The notes beneath the pieces were generated by a model that searched no databases, had not been told where the DNA came from, and saw only the letters and a program-made list of their open reading frames with translations. The position numbers and the translations under genes were made by a program. DNA of 64,000 nucleotides from a virus: positions 32,001 through 96,000 of IMG/VR virus record IMGVR_UViG_3300003690_002850; one strand, given 5' to 3'. Below are positions 51,117 through 60,155 of this stretch, piece by piece (within the stretch, counting starts at the first letter, position 1; each line of letters starts with the position of its first letter).

Positions 51117-51974
51117 ATGGCTACTGAGCGACCATGGTGGAAAGCTTTTCAAAATAATATAGCTGATTCTGATGACGATTTACCTGAAAGTGATAAAGTT
51201 TATAAACGATCACGTCTTCTAGGAGACATGCACTTTATCGAAAAGACTCCGGTATGTTTAGAGGTTATAAATCCTTCTGATAAAGAATATATTATATTAT
51301 GTGCTGGCTGCTCTTTTACTCACTGCCACAAAGGACATGAAGAGTATCCGTATGCCAGTATCTTACCTGGTCGAACGTTTAATATTGGAAAGCGCGGTAT
51401 TGGTATTTGTTCTAAATATTTTAGAATATTTTTTAAAAAACACCCAGATGTAAATTTAACACATGTCGTTTATCAAGTGCCCTGTCCATCGCGCCAACCT
51501 GTAGACTTAAATGATTATGATGAAAATCATTTTAGATCCACCCTGAAGAGAGACGACCTTAAATCGGTATGGATGCAGATATCTGGTTGTCGTTTATCGA
51601 AACGCCAGAATACCAGCTTGGAAGCTTTTGATAAAATAGATCAATATTATAAAAAAGCTATAGATCAGGTTGATATTAATGTTAAATTAATTCGAAAAAA
51701 ACAACCTAACGTGAAAATAATATTTTTACGCTATGAACACACTCAAAGGCCATTAATATATGAATTTAGCAAGAAGTTTTATAAAAACGTGTTAGCAGAT
51801 TATTGTAAGAAAAACAATATTTCATATATATATGAAGAAAATTTTAATACACAGTGGTTTAAATTTAACAATTATGGTGCGCTTGAAATCACCCGTAAGC
51901 GTGAAAAGCCCGGAGTTCATCCCAATAAAGCAGGCGCTAAATTGATAGCAGATAAAATAAAAGAGTATTTATGA
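51117..51974 (+). CDS. SGNH-hydrolase-like paralog 1
   Basis: GCSFT, NIG..G, YQVP, IIFLRYE, HPNKAGAKLIADKIKEYL. Confidence 0.7.
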   Translation: MATERPWWKAFQNNIADSDDDLPESDKVYKRSRLLGDMHFIEKTPVCLEVINPSDKEYIILCAGCSFTHCHKGHEEYPYASILPGRTFNIGKRGIGICSKYFRIFFKKHPDVNLTHVVYQVPCPSRQPVDLNDYDENHFRSTLKRDDLKSVWMQISGCRLSKRQNTSLEAFDKIDQYYKKAIDQVDINVKLIRKKQPNVKIIFLRYEHTQRPLIYEFSKKFYKNVLADYCKKNNISYIYEENFNTQWFKFNNYGALEITRKREKPGVHPNKAGAKLIADKIKEYL

Positions 51975-52696
51975 CGTATAATATATTATGTGCCGGTTGT
52001 TCTTTTACTCACGGCAATTTTAAAGAAATACGAGATGGCTTCAAACCGGTTGTTGACACGCCCGATCACCGCGCTGGCGGCATGAAATGTAAATTTGGGC
52101 GAGAGGGGTGGTATCCGTATGCTAATTTTCTACCCGGGACAACTTGGAATATCGGGAGATGTGGTGGTGGTATTACTCCTAAATATTTTAAAAAATGGTT
52201 TTGGCGAAACACAGAAGAAAAGCTAACACATGTTGTTTATCAAGTACCTAGCCCGGTTCGCCAGCCTGTAGATTTAAATGATTATGATGAAAACCATTTT
52301 TATCAGTGCCCTTCGCACTTCAAAGGCCATCGCGGCTTCCCAGAGACAGTATTTGTTGCATTAAGACAATCTAAATTACAAGCTTTTGATAAAAAAGATC
52401 AATATCATGAAAAATCTGTAGTCATGGTTGATACTAGTGTTAATTTAATTCGAAAAAAACAACCTAATGCAAAAATAATAATTTTACGTTATGAGGATAC
52501 GAGAAGGCCGTTACTGCGTGAATTTACTAAAGACTTTTATAAAATCATGCTAGCAGATTATTGTAAGGATAATGATATTCCATATATATATGAAGAAAAT
52601 TTTAATACTATGTGGTTTAAGAAGAACAATTGTGGCCTTCATCCCAATAAAGCTGGTGCTAAGTTAATAGCAGATAAAATAAAGGAGTATTTATGA
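51971..52696 (+). CDS. SGNH-hydrolase-like paralog 2
   Basis: Same conserved blocks; ATGA overlap. Confidence 0.7.
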   Translation: MTYNILCAGCSFTHGNFKEIRDGFKPVVDTPDHRAGGMKCKFGREGWYPYANFLPGTTWNIGRCGGGITPKYFKKWFWRNTEEKLTHVVYQVPSPVRQPVDLNDYDENHFYQCPSHFKGHRGFPETVFVALRQSKLQAFDKKDQYHEKSVVMVDTSVNLIRKKQPNAKIIILRYEDTRRPLLREFTKDFYKIMLADYCKDNDIPYIYEENFNTMWFKKNNCGLHPNKAGAKLIADKIKEYL

Positions 52697-53445
52697 TTAT
52701 CTTAAACGATGGTTGTTCTTTTTCTCGAGACCGATCGCCCACGGTCGATGCAGTGGGTCGATTATCGTATTGCATGTTCTTACCCGATATTATACATAAT
52801 ATTGCACACAGTGGCTCTGGTATTGAGAGTACGCGTTTGACTGGCTGGTTAAGAAGAAATAATAAGACTATAGCGGTAACGCATTTTATTTATCAAATAC
52901 CTTCCCCATCGCGACAGATTTTATGGTCCGAATTTAATGATGAACATTTTTTCAAAGCTCCATTTTATGAAAAGTTTCTCTTATATTGGAACTGGCTCAT
53001 TCCATTAAGAGCATTATTAGAGAACGGCGTCATTCTCCCGAACGGCAAGCCATATAATAATAAACAAATAAAGGATTTATGTATTGCGCGCAATACTAAT
53101 GTACATGAACTATTAGTAAAAAGCTTTGAACATAAAGAGAGATACTTAATAAAAGCTTTAATCGAAACCGAAAAAATTGTAAATATTATACGTAAAGCCT
53201 ATTCTGATATAAAAATTATATTTTTACGATACGAGGAATCCTCGCGCCCATTAATTTATGAATTTTGTAACGATTTTTATAAAAATATGTTACCAGATTA
53301 TTGTAAAGATAATGATATTACGTATATCTATGAAGAAAATTTTCATACAAAATGGTTTAATGCAAATGGGTTCTGCGCTGATAACAGACATTCCAATAAA
53401 GCTGGTGCCAAGTTAATAGCAGATAAAATAAAGGAGTATTTGTAA
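52693..53445 (+). CDS. SGNH-hydrolase-like paralog 3
   Basis: GCSFS ... DNRH (DxxH). Confidence 0.7.
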   Translation: MIILNDGCSFSRDRSPTVDAVGRLSYCMFLPDIIHNIAHSGSGIESTRLTGWLRRNNKTIAVTHFIYQIPSPSRQILWSEFNDEHFFKAPFYEKFLLYWNWLIPLRALLENGVILPNGKPYNNKQIKDLCIARNTNVHELLVKSFEHKERYLIKALIETEKIVNIIRKAYSDIKIIFLRYEESSRPLIYEFCNDFYKNMLPDYCKDNDITYIYEENFHTKWFNANGFCADNRHSNKAGAKLIADKIKEYL

Positions 53446-54272
53446 TGGATAATACGACAACTTTCGTACCTGGTGGTAATTGGGATTTTGATTTCAATAG
53501 TACTGATAAAGAGAATATAGAATATAAAATATTATGCGCCGGTTGCTCTTTTACAAAATGTGTTAGGCTCCCTGTAGGTAATAATTTTGGCGGATATTCT
53601 TATAGTGATTACTTACCGGGTAAAGTATACAACATTGGTGAACCTGGTGTTGGAATTACAAAACATGTAATAGAAAGGTTTGTCCGAGAAAATAAAGGTA
53701 TAGAACTAACACATTTTATGTATCAAGTACCCAGCCCGGCTCGACAGCCTGTAGATTTAAATGAGCAAAGACACTCACAGTTTCATATTAGAATCCCCGT
53801 AAAGGAGAAAGAAATAATAACCCATGGGTACCATGGTACAAAATTAAATGAAAATAATATATGGAATACGTTAGTATTATTTTGCTCGGACAGAGAAAAT
53901 AGTAGATGGAGATCAATCGAATCTATAACCAGTAAACGTCTTACGGAAATTTTTACTAATCATGAGAAATATTTAAATAAAGCTATAGATCAAGTACATA
54001 TTAATGTCGAGTTTATTCGAGAGAGATACCCTAATATTAAAATAATATTTTTACGGTATGAAGTCAGTACCATTCCTTTACTTAATGCATTTTGTAAAGA
54101 TTGGTATAAGAATATTTTAAACGATTACTGTAAAGAAAAAAATATTACATATATATATGTAGAAAACTTTAATACAAAATGGTTTAAAAAGAACAATATG
54201 ACAACGGATAGTGTGCATCCCGATAAAACTGGTGCTAAATTAATAGCAGATAAAATAAAGGAGTATTTATGA
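53445..54272 (+). CDS. SGNH-hydrolase-like paralog 4
   Basis: GCSFT ... DSVHP (DxxH). Confidence 0.7.
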   Translation: MDNTTTFVPGGNWDFDFNSTDKENIEYKILCAGCSFTKCVRLPVGNNFGGYSYSDYLPGKVYNIGEPGVGITKHVIERFVRENKGIELTHFMYQVPSPARQPVDLNEQRHSQFHIRIPVKEKEIITHGYHGTKLNENNIWNTLVLFCSDRENSRWRSIESITSKRLTEIFTNHEKYLNKAIDQVHINVEFIRERYPNIKIIFLRYEVSTIPLLNAFCKDWYKNILNDYCKEKNITYIYVENFNTKWFKKNNMTTDSVHPDKTGAKLIADKIKEYL

Positions 54273-55015
54273 TATACAATATATTATGCGCCGGGTGTTC
54301 TTTTACTCACGGAAATAAAAAATATCATCTTAGCAATAAGCCGGCGTATTGGTATCCGTATGCTAATTTTCTACCTGGTTGTACGTATAATATTGGAAAA
54401 TGTGGTCACGGTATTTCTCCTAAATATTTTAGGCTATTTTTTAAACAATACAAAGAAGAAAAGCTAACACACGTTGTTTATCAAGTACCCAGCCCGGTTC
54501 GCCAGCCTATAGATTTAAATGATTATGATGAAGATCATTTTAAACTTAGAATTGGAGGACGTGATAAGTATGATGCTTTAAACGGTCATACTTATATACA
54601 TCAAGATGGCCAATTGGAGGAAGCAAGCATCAATGATGTTGTATGGGTTCCAGGAAACAAACAAACAGTATATAGTCAATTAAAACACTTCAACATACAG
54701 GTTTTTAATAAAAAAGATCAATATCTTGAAAAAGCTATAGATATAGTTAATATTAATGTTAATTTAATTCGAGAAAACCAACCTAATGCGAAAATTATAT
54801 TTTTACGTTATGAGGATACGAGAAAACCGTTACATTATGAATTTAGCGAGAAGTTTTATAAAAACATGCTAGCAGATTATTGTAAGGAAAAAAATATTCC
54901 ATATATATATGAAGAAAATTTTAATACAAAATGGTTTAAAAAGAACAAATGCGGAATTCATCCTAATAAATCAGGCGCTAAATTGATAGCAGATAAAATA
55001 AAAGAGTATTTATGA
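54269..55015 (+). CDS. SGNH-hydrolase-like paralog 5
   Basis: GCSFT ... GIHPN. Confidence 0.7.
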   Translation: MIYNILCAGCSFTHGNKKYHLSNKPAYWYPYANFLPGCTYNIGKCGHGISPKYFRLFFKQYKEEKLTHVVYQVPSPVRQPIDLNDYDEDHFKLRIGGRDKYDALNGHTYIHQDGQLEEASINDVVWVPGNKQTVYSQLKHFNIQVFNKKDQYLEKAIDIVNINVNLIRENQPNAKIIFLRYEDTRKPLHYEFSEKFYKNMLADYCKEKNIPYIYEENFNTKWFKKNKCGIHPNKSGAKLIADKIKEYL

Positions 55016-55662
55016 CGTATAATATATTATGCGCCGGATGTTCATTTACTGACGGTAATTTTAGAAAATTCGCAAAATCAGATTGGGCCGCCAGTCATTC
55101 GTATGCTAATTTTTTACCCGGTAAAACTCATAATATCGGTAGCGCTGGTTTTGGTATTTCTCCTAAATTATTTAGAACATTTTTTAATGAACACAAAGAA
55201 GAAAAGCTAACACATGTTGTTTATCAAGTACCATCCCCTTCACGTCAACCTATAGATTTAGACGATTATAATGAAGATAATTTAGGTCAACATTGGCGTT
55301 GTTTTATATTTAAACATAAGAGTCAAAAAAGAGAATTCAACATACAGGTTTTTGATAAAAAAGATCAATATCTTAAAAAATCTATAGGTATGGTTGATAT
55401 CAATGTTAAATTAATTCAAAAAAAACAACCTAATGCTAAAATAATATTTTTACGTTATGAGGATACGAGAAGACCTTTACTGTATGAATTTACTAAAGAT
55501 TTTTATAAAACCATGCTAGCAGATTATTGTAAGAAAAACGATATTCCATATATATATGAAGAAAATTTTCATACACAGTGGTTTTACACGAACAAATATG
55601 GAATTCATCCTAATAAAGTAGGTGCCAAGTTAATAGCAGATAAAATAAAGGAGTATTTGTAA
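55012..55662 (+). CDS. SGNH-hydrolase-like paralog 6
   Basis: GCSFT ... GIHPN. Confidence 0.7.
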   Translation: MTYNILCAGCSFTDGNFRKFAKSDWAASHSYANFLPGKTHNIGSAGFGISPKLFRTFFNEHKEEKLTHVVYQVPSPSRQPIDLDDYNEDNLGQHWRCFIFKHKSQKREFNIQVFDKKDQYLKKSIGMVDINVKLIQKKQPNAKIIFLRYEDTRRPLLYEFTKDFYKTMLADYCKKNDIPYIYEENFHTQWFYTNKYGIHPNKVGAKLIADKIKEYL

Positions 55663-56480
55663 TGTATAATATATTATGCGCTGGTTGTTCATTTACGGCC
55701 GGGTGGAACCATACTAGCAATTTAGCTATTATTGATCGCCCTGTGGAGGATCAGTCTAAGGTCAGTACAGATATTTCGTCAGACATTGGCACTAGTTTGA
55801 TTCCCACAGATTATGTCAACGGGCACCCTAGGGATAAGTACGAAGTTTCGATCGAAGTAAAGGATTTTGTACGAAACCCATATGTCTCTTATACTAATTA
55901 TTTACCCGAGACAACATATAATATAGGCAGACCAGCTAGTGGTATTCAAAGTCAAGATATATCGAGATTTATTAAACGAAATAGACATATACATTTAACT
56001 CATTTTATTTATCAAGTACCAAGTCCTGCTAGACAACCAAAACAATTAAATCATCCTTATATGTGGCCTTTTTGTGGTCAGAAAAATGATATTCTTTGGT
56101 CTGCAGGTAAAAAAAATAGAACGGTATGGCGATTGTTAAAGGGAGGGAATATAGATATATTTAAGAATCAACATTTATTTTTAAACAGAGCTCTACGTAA
56201 AGTTAATAACAATGTTAACATTGTTCAACAACAACATCCTGACATAAAAATTATATTTTTACGTTATGAAGAATCCCGACACCCGTTGATCGCTGAATTT
56301 TGTGAACCTTTTTATAAGGATATGTTACCACATTACTGTGAAGAAAATAATATTACGTATATATATGTAAATGAATTTAATACATTATTGTTCTACCGTG
56401 AGAATTTAACTATTGATAAAGTACATCCTAACGTTAAAGGTGCAAAAATAATTGCAAAAAGAATAAAGAAAGATTTATAA
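55662..56480 (+). CDS. SGNH-hydrolase-like paralog 7
   Basis: GCSFT ... DKVHP (DxxH). Confidence 0.7.
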   Translation: MYNILCAGCSFTAGWNHTSNLAIIDRPVEDQSKVSTDISSDIGTSLIPTDYVNGHPRDKYEVSIEVKDFVRNPYVSYTNYLPETTYNIGRPASGIQSQDISRFIKRNRHIHLTHFIYQVPSPARQPKQLNHPYMWPFCGQKNDILWSAGKKNRTVWRLLKGGNIDIFKNQHLFLNRALRKVNNNVNIVQQQHPDIKIIFLRYEESRHPLIAEFCEPFYKDMLPHYCEENNITYIYVNEFNTLLFYRENLTIDKVHPNVKGAKIIAKRIKKDL

Positions 56481-56491
56481 TAAATATCGAT

Positions 56492-57403
56492 ATGGTCATC
56501 TTAAACAACGGTTGTTCTTTTTCAGCTAAAAGCAAAATTAAATATGCTAAAAGCGGTAAAGGTGACGTCCTACTCCGCAAAGATGACAAAGTTCGCCGTT
56601 ATAAAGATTGGAACCTAATATCATATTGTGATTATTTACCAGGAGAAATACACAATATTGCTAAACACGGATCCGGTGTTGACGTAACACGGACTAAGAA
56701 GTTTCTAGATTCTGTACACCAACGGTGGATTAATAAAAATAAGGAATTAACGCATTTTATTTATCAAATTCCTCATCCCACTAGACAACCTATATTTGAA
56801 GAGCTAAAAGATGACGAAGAATTTTATAAAGCTACTTTACAAATTGATGAGGTTTGGGGTATTAAGAGTGACCAGCCATCTTACGTTACCCGAGCTGCTA
56901 AACACTCAACAGGTGATAGTGAACGGTTAACAGATGTGCTCAAGCTCCTAGGTCGGAGATTTAAGAGATTCGCGTTCGGTGAAAAATATATAGACACACC
57001 GTGGGATGAAGTTCGGAAAACAGAGTATCTACAGCAAAACTTTTTATGGCATCAAGTATGTAATGAAAATAAAATCTTCGGCCCTGCTCAACGTGAAAGA
57101 TATTTAAAGAAGGCACTTAATGGTGTAGACCAAAATGTTAATATGGTTCGTAATAAATGGCCAAATGTTAAAATTATATTTTTACGATATGAAGAGACTA
57201 AAATACCTTTAGTTTATGAGTATGGAAAAGATTGGTTTAAAAATACATTATCTAATTATTGCAAAAATAATAATATTACATATATATTTGAAGAGAACTT
57301 TAATACAAGATGGTTTCATGATAATGGTTTATGTGATGATAAAAGACATGCCAATCACGCCGGCGCTAAATTAATAGCAGATAAAATAAAGGAGCATTTA
57401 TGA
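56492..57403 (+). CDS. SGNH-hydrolase-like paralog 8
   Basis: GCSFS ... DKRH (DxxH); own TAAATA box at 56481-56486. Confidence 0.7.
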   Translation: MVILNNGCSFSAKSKIKYAKSGKGDVLLRKDDKVRRYKDWNLISYCDYLPGEIHNIAKHGSGVDVTRTKKFLDSVHQRWINKNKELTHFIYQIPHPTRQPIFEELKDDEEFYKATLQIDEVWGIKSDQPSYVTRAAKHSTGDSERLTDVLKLLGRRFKRFAFGEKYIDTPWDEVRKTEYLQQNFLWHQVCNENKIFGPAQRERYLKKALNGVDQNVNMVRNKWPNVKIIFLRYEETKIPLVYEYGKDWFKNTLSNYCKNNNITYIFEENFNTRWFHDNGLCDDKRHANHAGAKLIADKIKEHL

Positions 57404-57507
57404 CATTTTTTTATAGAATAAAATTAAGATATCTTCAATTCAAGCAATGGTTATTACGAAAGCTCGGAAAAGACGACGACGATGACAATACATATCCTTT
57501 TTGGTAA
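57400..57507 (+). CDS. Small hypothetical protein (35 aa)
   Basis: ATGA overlap and AAGGAG upstream; MTFFYRIKLRYLQFKQWLLRKLGKDDDDDNTYPFW. Confidence 0.5.
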   Translation: MTFFYRIKLRYLQFKQWLLRKLGKDDDDDNTYPFW

Positions 57508-57525
57508 TTAATTATAAATAATTAT

Positions 57526-57702
57526 ATGAAATCTATTTTGTTGTGTGGTGGTAAGGGTTGTTGCCCGATGTTAGTACTACTTAAAGACAAAAAAACAGTA
57601 CAAATTACAGATGATAAAGGTAATACTGTTGAGATGCATATATCTCAAGCTAAATTAATTGATCAGGCTTTAAAAGATATTTTAAAGGAGGATAAATTAT
57701 AA
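57526..57702 (+). CDS. Small hypothetical Cys-containing protein (58 aa)
   Basis: TATAAATA at 57513-57520; MKSILLCGGKGCCP...VQITDDKGN. Confidence 0.6.
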   Translation: MKSILLCGGKGCCPMLVLLKDKKTVQITDDKGNTVEMHISQAKLIDQALKDILKEDKL

Positions 57703-57734
57703 TTTTTATTGATGTATTAGCGTGTATTGGTTTA

Positions 57735-57983
57735 ATGTTTATTCTCAAATATGGTACTATTCTTAATTTTCCTAGAAGAATCATCACAAAAATATCTTTT
57801 ATAAAGGAATTATTTAAATGTAGTTTATGCTTAGGCTTCTGGGCTGGTGTTATTGTATATTTCGTTAGTAAAAATGAATATATATTATTTCCGTTTGTGA
57901 GTGCTGGTGTGTGTTGGATAATAGATAATTTTAATAACGTACTTCAATCAATTGAAATAAAACTTGATAAAGAAGATTCTTAA
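57735..57983 (+). CDS. Small membrane protein (DUF1360-like CxxCxGFW)
   Basis: ELFKCSLCLGFWAG plus hydrophobic helices; the frame is open further upstream, so the start may be earlier. Confidence 0.6.
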   Translation: MFILKYGTILNFPRRIITKISFIKELFKCSLCLGFWAGVIVYFVSKNEYILFPFVSAGVCWIIDNFNNVLQSIEIKLDKEDS

Positions 57984-57991
57984 TATATAAT
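57964..57991 (+). promoter_or_regulatory. Sigma70-like promoter of queD-queE
   Basis: TTGATA-N16-TATAAT, 6 nt before ATG 57998. Confidence 0.6.
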
Positions 57992-57997
57992 AAATAT

Positions 57998-58645
57998 ATG
58001 AAGTTTTCTAGTACGAAGATTCTTGAACTCGGTAGCTGTGCTTTTCGACAACCAAATGCCAGTCATTCTCATTGTAGATTTTTACATGGTTATAGATTAA
58101 CAGCTAAATTCTGGTTCGGTACTAATCAATTAGACGAGAACCATTGGGTTGTAGATTTCGGCGACTTAAGCCGTCTTAAAAACATTTTAAAAGATCAGTT
58201 TGATCATACAACTTGTATTGCGGCAGATGATTCCGCTTTACCTATCTTCGAAGAATTACAAAAAGCGGATGCATGTGATTTAAGAGTAATGCCTAATGGA
58301 ACAGGTATTGAAAGAATCGCTGAATATTGTCATAATATTGCTAATGATGTTATAAGAGAGCAAACTGAAGGTAGATGTTGGGTGGATAAAGTTGAAGTTT
58401 TTGAACATGAAAACAATTCTGCTATATATACAGAGAATATTACTACTACGATGAGATTTGCTGATGCGTTTGTTAATGAAATGGGTAAAGGAAGTAAAAG
58501 AAGATCAGGAGAAAATACAACAAATATTGTATCTAACTGGGATGAAATTGACTGGGGGTATATAATGTTTACTAAAGACGAAGAAGCCGATAAAGAAAAA
58601 AATGAACGAAAAAGAATCAGAGATACTAAACGTCGACGGAAATAA
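57998..58645 (+). CDS. queD: 6-carboxy-tetrahydropterin synthase with C-terminal extension
   Basis: HCRFLHGY, WVVDFG, FDH, E...VEVFEHENNSA. Confidence 0.88.
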   Translation: MKFSSTKILELGSCAFRQPNASHSHCRFLHGYRLTAKFWFGTNQLDENHWVVDFGDLSRLKNILKDQFDHTTCIAADDSALPIFEELQKADACDLRVMPNGTGIERIAEYCHNIANDVIREQTEGRCWVDKVEVFEHENNSAIYTENITTTMRFADAFVNEMGKGSKRRSGENTTNIVSNWDEIDWGYIMFTKDEEADKEKNERKRIRDTKRRRK

Positions 58646-59372
58646 TACAATTTATTTATCTGATGATAAAATATTTTATACCGTAGAAGGAGAAGGTGAA
58701 CTTGTAGGGTATCCTTCTGTGTTTATGCGGCTTTCGATGTGTAACTTAACATGTCAAGGCTTTGCATCAGAAGATTCACCTCACGGGTGTGATAGTTATA
58801 TTTCTTGGAGTGTAAAAAACAAACTTACATTAAAAGAGATACTTGATTTTCTCGAGACTAGTGGTTATAAAGATCATTTATACAATGGTGCTATATTAAA
58901 AATTACTGGCGGAGAGCCTTTAGTACAGCAAAAGGCATTATTACGCTTTTTAAATTATATGGAAGTTGAATGGGGATGGGTTCCTCGTATAGATTTTGAA
59001 ACTAATGCTACTATTTTACCTGATAAAGAGTGGACGAGAGTAAAAGCTACGTTTACTACATCTCCCAAAATGAGTAATAATGGTGATCCTGTAGATAGAC
59101 GGTATAAACCTAAAGTATTAGAGTGGCATGCTTTCATGGGGTCTGGTTTTAAGTTTGTTATTAATCAAGAATCAGATATAGATGAAGTTTTTGGTAAATA
59201 TGTTGTACCGTTTGATATACCTACAGGTAGGGTATGGCTAATGCCTTGTTGCGGTAGCAGAGAGGAGCATATAGAGAAGGCTCCTATGGTTGCTGAGCTA
59301 GCTAAAAGGTATAGGTTTAACTTTAGTCCTAGATTACATTTATTAGTATGGGATATGGCCTTAAAAGTATAG
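58602..59372 (+). CDS. queE: 7-carboxy-7-deazaguanine synthase (radical SAM)
   Basis: TVEGEG...PSVFMRLSMCNLTC...CDS, ITGGEP, FETN, SPK, KFV, LMP, RLH. Confidence 0.9.
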   Translation: MNEKESEILNVDGNNTIYLSDDKIFYTVEGEGELVGYPSVFMRLSMCNLTCQGFASEDSPHGCDSYISWSVKNKLTLKEILDFLETSGYKDHLYNGAILKITGGEPLVQQKALLRFLNYMEVEWGWVPRIDFETNATILPDKEWTRVKATFTTSPKMSNNGDPVDRRYKPKVLEWHAFMGSGFKFVINQESDIDEVFGKYVVPFDIPTGRVWLMPCCGSREEHIEKAPMVAELAKRYRFNFSPRLHLLVWDMALKV

Positions 59373-59392
59373 ATTAATAAATATTAAATAAT

Positions 59393-60151
59393 ATGAGGAT
59401 TGCAATTAGTGGAACAGCGTGTCAGGGCAAGACAACCTTAATTACAGATTTCTTAGAGCAATGGCCTAACTATAAAACACCTAAAAAAACTTATAGAGAC
59501 ATTATCGAGGAAAATAATCTTGATCATTCTTCTAAAACTAATAAAAAAACCCAAAAAAAGATTTTAGAGTTTATGATCAAAGAGCAAAAGAAATATCGTA
59601 AGTCTGATAATGTAATTTTTGATAGATGTCCGTTAGATAATCTTGTATATAGTATGTGGTCAACTGAACAATCTGAGTCAGATATTGATGATAAATTTGT
59701 ACAAGAATGTATACCTCTTGTTAGAGAGAGTTTTTGTAATTTAGATATTATATTTTTTACACCTATAACAAAGGTTGCTCCGGTTGAGCTAACGGAAGAC
59801 GATTTACGTGATACCGATCCTAAAGTTATAGAAGAAGTTGATAATATATTTAAAGCTATGCATCGAGAATACATGACTAACGATAAAAGTGTATTTTTTG
59901 AAAACGAAGACAAACCTGGTATTATAGAAGTATTTGGTGATCGAAGACAGCGTATAGCAATACTTAAGCTTTATATAGATGCTGAGGGAGATATACACCC
60001 TGGCGGTGATCTCATTGATGAAGCTATGTTATCTGATCTGAAGGCGTTGAGTGGGGTATGGAATGACGTAGATCCTGCAGAACATTCTCATTTACGAAAA
60101 GCTATGGAAAAGCAAATTAAGCAGGATCGCAGTCATCGGATGAATAAATAA
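59393..60151 (+). CDS. P-loop nucleotide/nucleoside kinase-like protein
   Basis: ISGTACQGKTT and IFDRCPLDNLVY. Confidence 0.75.
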   Translation: MRIAISGTACQGKTTLITDFLEQWPNYKTPKKTYRDIIEENNLDHSSKTNKKTQKKILEFMIKEQKKYRKSDNVIFDRCPLDNLVYSMWSTEQSESDIDDKFVQECIPLVRESFCNLDIIFFTPITKVAPVELTEDDLRDTDPKVIEEVDNIFKAMHREYMTNDKSVFFENEDKPGIIEVFGDRRQRIAILKLYIDAEGDIHPGGDLIDEAMLSDLKALSGVWNDVDPAEHSHLRKAMEKQIKQDRSHRMNK

Positions 60152-60155
60152 TTAT

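Noticed and set aside
51117-57403. Diversity-generating retroelement behind the paralog array
   Set aside because: No reverse transcriptase in the window; differences between copies are not adenine-specific and include large length changes
51920-57403. CRISPR-like array from the recurring ATAGCAGATAAAATAAA repeat
   Set aside because: Repeats are hundreds of bases apart and are coding gene ends; no cas genes
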